NCBI GenBank assembly: GCA_963773065.1
Contig: CAVYZN010000027.1
Coordinates: 64,001 to 128,000, forward strand
Length of the DNA: 64,000 bases
Direction of reading: 5' to 3'
Source of the DNA: an uncultured Gammaproteobacteria bacterium
GTDB taxonomy: Bacteria > Pseudomonadota > Gammaproteobacteria > UBA9214
In this document: piece by piece, positions 56,882 through 64,000 of the stretch
Position numbering within the stretch: position 1 is the stretch's first letter
How the letters are laid out: each line of letters begins with the position of its first letter
Notes under the pieces: model-generated
The model's input: the letters and a program-made list of their open reading frames with translations, nothing else
What the model was told of the DNA's origin: nothing
The model's database searches: none
Translations under genes and position numbers: made by a program

Positions 56882-57216
56882 GCTCCGCTCCTTATCGAAA
56901 CTCATTGCCTTGCTATCGGATTGATATAGGGGTTCAAGTTACCTATAAGCAAACAGGAACGATCATCCCTGTGCAAGAAGAATCATTGGCATACGTATAA
57001 ATACGTAGAGAAAAATTTCCTTGCTCAAACGGAGATTCTGTGGCTAATACCTAAGATAACAGCAGTGCCATTGTTACGATAAAGGTATGATGAGTTCAGC
57101 GATTCTAGTTTCATCTTACTGTTGCTCGACGTTGATTCTTTGCCGTAGTCGGCGATGCAGCTCCTAAATGCCAGGCCAGGAACAAGGTCACAGAGAAATA
57201 ACAGGGAGGAGCGTTT

Positions 57217-59139
57217 ATGGTCAGGCCGCTCGAGTCAGGCGTCATCCCCGTTGTATATCCGTCAGGTTTTCCCAGAGCAAGTTTTTGCTCGTTGTCTTCA
57301 GCGTTACTCGCACTTGTGGTTGGCATTGCGAGCATCTGTTGGACTGAGGTAACGGCAAACGAACAAAACCAGAAGACCACGAATCAAGCCGCGGCTACAG
57401 TCGGCGGTCAGGGCGCGACATCGTCAAAACCGCGCTGGACACCGGTGAAACCGGCAAAGACCCTCCTCAAACCATGGCAGGAACGAAACCGGGTCATTGT
57501 TAAGTTTGTCGAGGGCAGCGAGATTAGATTGCGGCAAGAGGGCTTAGTAAGCCTCAAGGGTCGTGATATCGGACAAGTCCGCGCCGTGCTGGCTCGATAC
57601 CGTATCGGCGCAAAGGAGCTTCGACGGTATTTCACCCGATCCGAAGCATTGCTGAACCAAGAGAAGCACAGCGGCGAAGCGCGCAGCGGGCGTCAACTCG
57701 CCGATTTGAACTTGTATTTTGAAATTTCAGTCGCGGCGGACGTTGATGCTGGCGCGTTATGCGATGATTTGAATGCCTTGGATATTGTTGAACTCGCCGA
57801 ACCGGCGCCAATGCCGGCACCGCCGCCCGTGGATCTAGCCCCGCCAACTCCAGACTTTTCCTTCCTACAGAGTTATCGAGACGCACCACCCGGTATTGGT
57901 GTTAGCAATCTAAACATCGGCGGTATTGATGGCAACGGCATTGCGTTTGCGGATGTGGAATTCAGTTGGCTATTGAACCACGAGGACCTTGAACTCCCGA
58001 GTACCACCAATATCGACACGGCAACTGCATCTGATCCCTTTTCGGACAGTAATCATGGGACCGCGGTGCTTGGCGAAATTGTCGGCGGTGATAACGGCTA
58101 CGGGGTTATAGGAATAACGCCGGCGGCGTCGGCTTTCGTTGCACCGGCGAATACCGTAGAGTTCGGCGAGAATGAGGCACGGGCTATTAACTTGGCCGCG
58201 GCGACTCTGAACGCGGGTGATGCGATACAGATCGAACTACAAAATACAGTATGCGGGTTGAATAATGGTCCAATGGAGTGGTACCAACCCGAGTTTGATG
58301 CGATCGCGAATGCAACTGCCAATGGGATTGTTGTCGTCGAAGCGGCCGGGAATGGAGGCGTGAATTTAGACGATCCCAGTTGTGAATCGCGCTTTGACAG
58401 AGCAGTACGTGACTCCGGCGCGATCATCGTCGGCGCGGGTTTCCCAGCTACACATGAAAAATTAGACTTTTCCGATTACGGTAACCGCGTGGATGTTCAA
58501 GGGTGGGGGGTATTGGTGACCACTACCGGCTACGGCGACAAGTTCGATCCTGGTGATATTCGCCAACGCTACACGACTAATTTTACTGGAACATCGAGCG
58601 CGTCGCCCATGGTTACCGGTGCGATCCTGGCCATTCAAGGAGTACGTAAAGCGGCTGGATTAACCCTGCTATCCCCGGACCAACTGCGCCAGTTACTCGT
58701 TGATACCGGTACCCCTCAAGCCGGCAGCACACACATCGGCCCGTTACCGAATGTCAGCGCTGCGCTGGAACACGACAGCGATGGAGATGGTGCCGTAGAT
58801 GTACTCGACAACTGTCCCGCGATCGCCAATGCGGGCCAGGGAGATACCGATGGGGACGGTGTGGGTGATGCTTGCGATAACTGCCTGGCAGTGGCCAATG
58901 CGGATCAGCGCGATACCGATGGCGACGGTTACGGCAACCGTTGCGACTGTGATTTCAACCAGGACAATTTCTGCGGTGGTCCGGACTTCACCCTGTTCAT
59001 TGGCTGTTTCAATAAACCAACGGGCGGTAATCCGGTCTGCGAGGCAGCGGACATGAATGGCGACGGTTTTGTCGGTGGACCGGATTTCACCCTGTTCGTT
59101 GGCGGGTTCAATGGCCCGCCAGGGCCATCCGGGCTGTGA
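57217..59139 (+). CDS. S8 subtilase + TSP3 repeats + dockerin-like domain (copy 2)
   Basis: ADVE, NHGTAVLG, AAGNG, GTSSASP; same tag. Confidence 0.9.
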   Translation: MVRPLESGVIPVVYPSGFPRASFCSLSSALLALVVGIASICWTEVTANEQNQKTTNQAAATVGGQGATSSKPRWTPVKPAKTLLKPWQERNRVIVKFVEGSEIRLRQEGLVSLKGRDIGQVRAVLARYRIGAKELRRYFTRSEALLNQEKHSGEARSGRQLADLNLYFEISVAADVDAGALCDDLNALDIVELAEPAPMPAPPPVDLAPPTPDFSFLQSYRDAPPGIGVSNLNIGGIDGNGIAFADVEFSWLLNHEDLELPSTTNIDTATASDPFSDSNHGTAVLGEIVGGDNGYGVIGITPAASAFVAPANTVEFGENEARAINLAAATLNAGDAIQIELQNTVCGLNNGPMEWYQPEFDAIANATANGIVVVEAAGNGGVNLDDPSCESRFDRAVRDSGAIIVGAGFPATHEKLDFSDYGNRVDVQGWGVLVTTTGYGDKFDPGDIRQRYTTNFTGTSSASPMVTGAILAIQGVRKAAGLTLLSPDQLRQLLVDTGTPQAGSTHIGPLPNVSAALEHDSDGDGAVDVLDNCPAIANAGQGDTDGDGVGDACDNCLAVANADQRDTDGDGYGNRCDCDFNQDNFCGGPDFTLFIGCFNKPTGGNPVCEAADMNGDGFVGGPDFTLFVGGFNGPPGPSGL

Positions 59140-59387
59140 AAAATTGAATATAGGTCCGAAGCAAGCATGATTTAAGGGGCATCAAAAGCCGCGGATTACG
59201 TAATTTCCTTTTTATAGACAGTGAGTAACAGTCCTGAATCCAATAACAGCAGTTCAATGATTCCGGCGGAGTCATGAACTTGACGAGATAATTTGTAAAC
59301 TGTATTGTTGCGAAAATTAATAATAACGATAGTTGCAGTTCTTGAATTACGGAGATCCTACTAACCGAAGTAAGAGGATCTTCAATA

Positions 59388-60026
59388 ATGAACAAGTTCA
59401 CTTGGTTTATCTTACGCCTTGTTGGTGGTGTCTGTGGGTGCATGTTCGCAGTTACCCAATCCCACGCTGTAACCATTGGTCTCACACTCACGAGCGACAC
59501 GGATCCACTCACGGTAACTAACGGCGATACGATCACCTTTACGGTGGGAATGACCCCCCTGGAGGCGATTACCGGCTATACGCTGGATATCCGCTATGAT
59601 TCCACGGAGCTAGATTTTCAGACAGCCACACAGTTGGTACCCTTCTTCGGCGGCGCCTTCGTTCCACCTTTTAACCTGGACCCGGCATCGACTGCGGGCG
59701 ATTCGGGCAGCACCGGTTTGGCAACTTCAGACAGCGGTCGGGCTTCCGTCCTGCAGGTGAGTGATTCGCAGCCTGTAGGGGACCTTTTCAGTCTGACATT
59801 TACCGTGTTGACGCCTGTATCCGATGGTCTGTCCGATCTGACGGTCGGGCTGCTCAATTCCGGTGCGGATGATATCAACCCCGCCGTCGGGGGTGCCGCG
59901 TTCACCATCGATCCAGATACGGTCAGTGCATCGATCGGGGCTGTTCCTGTCCCCGCCGCCATCTGGCTTTTCGGCTCCGGACTGCTGGGGTTGATTGGAA
60001 TAGCCAGAAGCAAAAAAGCGACTTAA
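59388..60026 (+). CDS. Cohesin-like protein with VPLPA/PEP-CTERM sorting signal (copy 2)
   Basis: 212 aa, few substitutions versus 54637-55275. Confidence 0.78.
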   Translation: MNKFTWFILRLVGGVCGCMFAVTQSHAVTIGLTLTSDTDPLTVTNGDTITFTVGMTPLEAITGYTLDIRYDSTELDFQTATQLVPFFGGAFVPPFNLDPASTAGDSGSTGLATSDSGRASVLQVSDSQPVGDLFSLTFTVLTPVSDGLSDLTVGLLNSGADDINPAVGGAAFTIDPDTVSASIGAVPVPAAIWLFGSGLLGLIGIARSKKAT

Positions 60027-60169
60027 CAGTTTCAGACGTGATGACGTGATTGCGGCGGCCTGTCGGTCGCCGTATTTCTTTGATGGTGTAACTCTGAGTT
60101 TGGCCGATCCTGATGCCATGGTCAGATAACAGCCAAGAAATGAAAATAACAGCCCCTCGCCGGGCAGTT

Positions 60170-60330
60170 GCTTGGCCGGTCATTGGCGTTGTCCTCCTCG
60201 CGGATGCCCAGTTCCTCGTCATCCAGATAACAGGCCGGGTCCTCCCACCACGGGTCGCCGGTCAACTGGAAGGCGCGCACCCGCGTATTGCCACCGCGAT
60301 GTCGCGGAAGCCGCGGACGCGGTAGCGACC
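60170..60330 (-). pseudogene. Degenerate duplicate of the nirJ 3' end
   Basis: [32 protein letters not shown] identical in protein to the nirJ C-terminus at ~62710-62805. Confidence 0.88.
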
Positions 60331-60690
60331 GACTCGCCAATCTCAGTGGACTTTACGGAAAAGGGCTTTTATTCCTATACATGCCGGGCTTGTTTAACTG
60401 ACCGCAGTCAGGACAAAAAAATTCAATACTAATACTAAGGAATCAGGCAAGGATGCCGGCCAGGCAGTAGCGGTAGGGATGACCTTTGCGTGTGAGTGAG
60501 GAAAGAAAGAAAACCGGCGAAAGGGAGACGTATTCAGATCGGATATGGGCCAGCAGCCGGGGGAGTCAGCCAGGTATTCAGGGGAAGAGGTCTGACGGAT
60601 AGTGGCCTTTTTCGGTTGGAGTCATAGGGAATTGGTTGGCTATACTTTCATTGTGGACAACCTCATCGGGTCACAGGACATGACCACATC

Positions 60691-62526
60691 ATGAAGCGGC
60701 GTATTTCACCATTGCTTCGCAGCCTGTGTCTGGCGTCGATCTTTCTGGCACCCCTCGCCATGGCGGAGATCGGGCCTGATCCACCCAAACTCTCTCCCGA
60801 AGGCAAACTCGGGATCATGGGCGACAGTCTGGCCTTGGGTATCCACGCCTCGGAAATGTGCGGCAATGCCGACGCCTATGAATGCGCGCAGCAGGCCCTT
60901 GGCGCCTCCAGTCCCGACTGGAGTTATGTGGCAGCCGACAAGAGCTGGTCGATTGCCAGCCTGCTCGGCTTTGACCAGGCGCATATCGTTGCGGCCTATG
61001 TTGGTGGCGCAGAATGGAAGGACGCGCTCAACCAGGCCGTGACCGTTATGGCCGATCCTCAGGTCGAGGCCGTCTTCATCGGCCTCGGGGCAAACAATGT
61101 CTGCGTGCCACAGGGTCATGATTACAGTGATGATCTTGCGACCATTGCCGGGCACATCGACGCGACCCTGACTTATCTCACGGATCACCTGCCCGCCGGG
61201 GGGCGTATCTACTGGAGCGGGGTGCTGGATGTCCTGCAGCTTCGCGAACTCATGCGCGGGCGCGACCACAATTACTGGTTTGAAACCTGCCAGGGTGCCT
61301 GGGACCTGGACGCGAACAAGATCAAGGACGGGGCGGCGAATGATGTGTGTGATCACATCTTCAATCACACCGCCTGCCAGCTTACCAGCGCCGTCGAGGA
61401 AGCCAAGGACGCGCTGACTGATCTACTGCTCAATACCTGGCGTGACCTCGAGGGCGTGGATGAGGGGCCCTGTGGCAAGATCCTGAGCAGCCGTTCGACC
61501 GACGCTGACCGGGAGGAGGCCCGACAATTCAACCTCGCGCTTAACCAACTGATGTCCGCCAAGGCGGCGGAATACGACGGCCGGAACGGCGTCGCGGTGT
61601 ATTACAGTGACCGCATCTTCGAGGCATCGGCTAACCTCAGGCCCTATCATGTCTCCCGCCTGGACTGTTTTCACCCGAGCCGGGCCGGGCAGATATTCCT
61701 TGCCAATGAAACCTGGAGGGGATTTAACCCCCTCACCGAGTCGGCCGGCCGCTACTTTTTTGACGAATTTGACAGCCAGGACTATTGCGCCCAGGAATAC
61801 ACCACGTGGGGTTCATGCTGGACCGAGATCGGCGAGAATAACGGGCCCTCGGCCGGTGATATCCAGATCAACGTGCATGAGCTCCGGGTGCGGGACAAGG
61901 ACAAGGGTATCATGCGCAGCCTCGACCTGGACGGCATGCAAGCCGCCTGGCTCCAGTTCAACTGGCGGCGCGACGGACTGGACAACAATGACGATTATGT
62001 CTCAATCGACGTGTCACCGGATGCCGGCATGACCTGGTTTCAACAGGACCGCATCAAGGGCGATGGCGATGACTACAATACCCACCGCGGCTACTACTAT
62101 GACATCACCCCCTATGCCACGGGGAACACGCTGCTCCGTTTCAAGAGCTCGAGTGATCTGGGTGATCACGACGAGGTGTTCTTTGACAATATAACCGTCT
62201 TTGGCTGGGGTCCAATCGTGCAGACCCAGGACACCGACGGCGACGGGGTTCCCGATGCGAGCGACAACTGCATCAGCCAATCGAATGCCGACCAGCGCGA
62301 CACGGACGGCGACGGCTACGGTAACCTTTGCGACTGTGATTTCAACCAGGACAATTTCTGCGGCGGTCCGGACTTCACTCTCTTCATCGGCTGTTTCAAT
62401 AAACCAACAGGCGGTGATCCGGTCTGCGAGGCAGCGGATATGAATGGCGACGGTTTTGTCGGTGGGCCAGATTACACTTTGTTTGTTGGCGGGTTCAATG
62501 GCCCGCCGGGGCCATCCGGGCTGTGA
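60691..62526 (+). CDS. Exported SGNH/GDSL hydrolase + beta-rich domain + TSP3 + dockerin-like domain
   Basis: Signal peptide; MGDSL, GANN, DCFHP; shared C-terminal tag. Confidence 0.82.
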   Translation: MKRRISPLLRSLCLASIFLAPLAMAEIGPDPPKLSPEGKLGIMGDSLALGIHASEMCGNADAYECAQQALGASSPDWSYVAADKSWSIASLLGFDQAHIVAAYVGGAEWKDALNQAVTVMADPQVEAVFIGLGANNVCVPQGHDYSDDLATIAGHIDATLTYLTDHLPAGGRIYWSGVLDVLQLRELMRGRDHNYWFETCQGAWDLDANKIKDGAANDVCDHIFNHTACQLTSAVEEAKDALTDLLLNTWRDLEGVDEGPCGKILSSRSTDADREEARQFNLALNQLMSAKAAEYDGRNGVAVYYSDRIFEASANLRPYHVSRLDCFHPSRAGQIFLANETWRGFNPLTESAGRYFFDEFDSQDYCAQEYTTWGSCWTEIGENNGPSAGDIQINVHELRVRDKDKGIMRSLDLDGMQAAWLQFNWRRDGLDNNDDYVSIDVSPDAGMTWFQQDRIKGDGDDYNTHRGYYYDITPYATGNTLLRFKSSSDLGDHDEVFFDNITVFGWGPIVQTQDTDGDGVPDASDNCISQSNADQRDTDGDGYGNLCDCDFNQDNFCGGPDFTLFIGCFNKPTGGDPVCEAADMNGDGFVGGPDYTLFVGGFNGPPGPSGL

Positions 62527-62637
62527 AGAATCGAATACCTGTCCGATCGATGAGCTATCACGGGTAACCCGCTATTTTGACGGACCTGTAATCATCCAGA
62601 GTTTCCTTAACGGTCTGGGCGGGTGTGTCATCCTGGC

Positions 62638-63856
62638 TCATCCGGCGTGGCGGATGGTGCGGGTTGCGAGCCCGGCGGGTTCCGGGCGGTCGTCGGCATA
62701 GTCCGCCGCGCGGATGCCCAGTTCCTCGTCATCGAGGTAGCAGGCGGGGTCTTCCCACCAGGGGTCGCCGGTCAACTGGAAGGCGCGCACCCGGGTGTTG
62801 CCGCCGCAGATGTCGCGGAAGCCGCAGACGCGGCAGCGGCCCTTCAACGGCCGCGGGCTGGCCTTCAGGCCGGCCATGAGCGGGTCGCGGGTGTCCACCC
62901 AGATCTCCGAGAACGGGCGCTCCTTCACGTTGCCGAGGTTGTAGTTCCACCAGAAGGTGTCGGGATGCACGTTGCCCAGGTTGTCGATGTTGGCGATGTT
63001 GACGCCGGAGGAATTGCCGCCCCAGCGCACCAGGCGTTCGCGCAGCTCGTCGTAGCGTTCCGGCAGGCGGCGCTGCACCCACTGGAGCAGGTAGACGCCG
63101 TCGGCGTCGTTGTTGCCGGTGACGAACTCGCGCCGGCGGCCGGCCTGCACGTCGGCCCAGCAGGCGTCGAACAGCAGGTCCATCAGCCGGCGCGTCGTCT
63201 GGTGCACGACGTCGGATTTGCGGTTGCGGTTGCCGCGGCCGGCGTAGTTCAGGTGCGAGACGTAGAGCTTGTCGACCCGTTCGTCTTCCATGAGCTGGAG
63301 AATGAGCGGCAGCTCGTGGGCGTTGTCCTGGGTCGGGGTGAAGCGCATGCCCACCTTGATGCCGGCCTCGCGGCACAGGCGGATGGCCTGCAGCGAGGCG
63401 TCGAAGGCGCCCGCTTTCTGGCGGAAGCGGTCATGGGTGTCGCGGATGCCGTCGATGCTGATGCCGACGTAGTCATAGCCGACCGCGGCGATGTCCCCGA
63501 TGCGGCCGGCATCGATGAGCGTGCCGTTGGTGGACAGGCCGACGTAGAAGCCGAGCGCCTTGGCGCGCCGGGAGATGTCGTAGATGTCCGGGCGCAGCAG
63601 CGGCTCGCCGCCGGAGAGGATCAGCACCGGCACCCCGAAGCCGCGCAGGTCGTCCATGACGGCGTAGACCTGGGCGGTGCTCAACTCGCCGGGGAAGTCG
63701 ATATCGGCCGAGATCGAATAGCAGTGCTTGCAGGTCAGGTTGCAGCGGCGGATCAGGTTCCAGATGACCACCGGGCCGCTCGGCTTGCGCGCTGCCGGTT
63801 GCGCCGCGCTCCGGCGGCTGCGCGAGCGCCTGCAGATAGTGCGAAATGCGAAACAT
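62638..63856 (-). CDS. nirJ: Heme d1 biosynthesis radical SAM protein; apparent frameshift near 63790
   Basis: MFRISHYL start; [45 protein letters not shown]. Confidence 0.93.
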
Positions 63857-63857
63857 G

Positions 63858-64000
63858 TCAGCCTCCCAGGCGCAGCCCGGTTTTTTTCAGGATGCGCGTG
63901 CTGAACAGGATATCGTAGCCGCGCACGCGCTCGCCCAGTTGTTGCGCGATCCGAGCGACCTTCTGCCGGACCTCGTCCTGGCTGTGGCCGTGCACCATGG
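63858..64000 (-). CDS. nirH: Siroheme decarboxylase subunit (Lrp/AsnC fold), 3' part
   Basis: Manual translation MVHGHSQDEV...ILFSTRILKKTGLRLGG; directly upstream of nirJ. Confidence 0.85.
   Translation of the reverse strand, partial: MVHGHSQDEVRQKVARIAQQLGERVRGYDILFSTRILKKTGLRLGG

Larger units (their letters stand above)
57203..60112 (+). repeat. ~2.9-kb duplicated unit (S8 + cohesin), copy 2
   Basis: Near-identical to 52431-55368. Confidence 0.9.

Noticed and set aside
47400-62600. Complete DGR in the window
   Set aside because: No reverse transcriptase or AAC-rich template seen; tag copies do not differ specifically at adenines
52300-62600. Integron cassette array
   Set aside because: TA and exported genes are suggestive, but I found no convincing attC pairs and no integrase; orientations are mixed

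Overview
Gammaproteobacterial chromosome segment, mostly GC-rich, from a probable denitrifier. Many single-base frameshifts, including in essential genes, look like long-read indel errors. 1-24.7 kb is conserved housekeeping DNA (lpxK-ycaR-kdsB-ptp, rne/rluC/HAD/sppA/maf, pycAB, yceD-rpmF-plsX-fabHDG-acpP-fabF, pabBC-mltG-tmk-holB-pilZ-tatD). 24.8-32.9 kb is a fatty-acid beta-oxidation operon. 33.5-41.6 kb holds a DNR-type regulator, an FNR/DNR box and an eNOR-type (Gln-for-Tyr) heme-copper NO reductase operon with ctaB, SCO, a cytochrome b-ferredoxin-MvhD fusion and hemerythrin. The heme d1 operon (nirH-nirJ...nirN) is split by an ~18-kb accessory region (44.3-62.6 kb). That region encodes the most striking system here: four exported proteins (two S8 proteases, an SGNH hydrolase, an FN3/PKD protein) with a near-identical C-terminal dockerin-like tag, interleaved with two cohesin-like proteins ending in a VPLPA/PEP-CTERM anchor. 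This suggests a cellulosome-like, exosortase-anchored surface enzyme display system. The region also carries two DUF1566 genes with DGR-like variable ends, an LCAT-like lipase, TraT, a truncated ISL3, toxin-antitoxin modules and REP/MITE repeats. All family assignments come from motif recognition by eye, not database searches.
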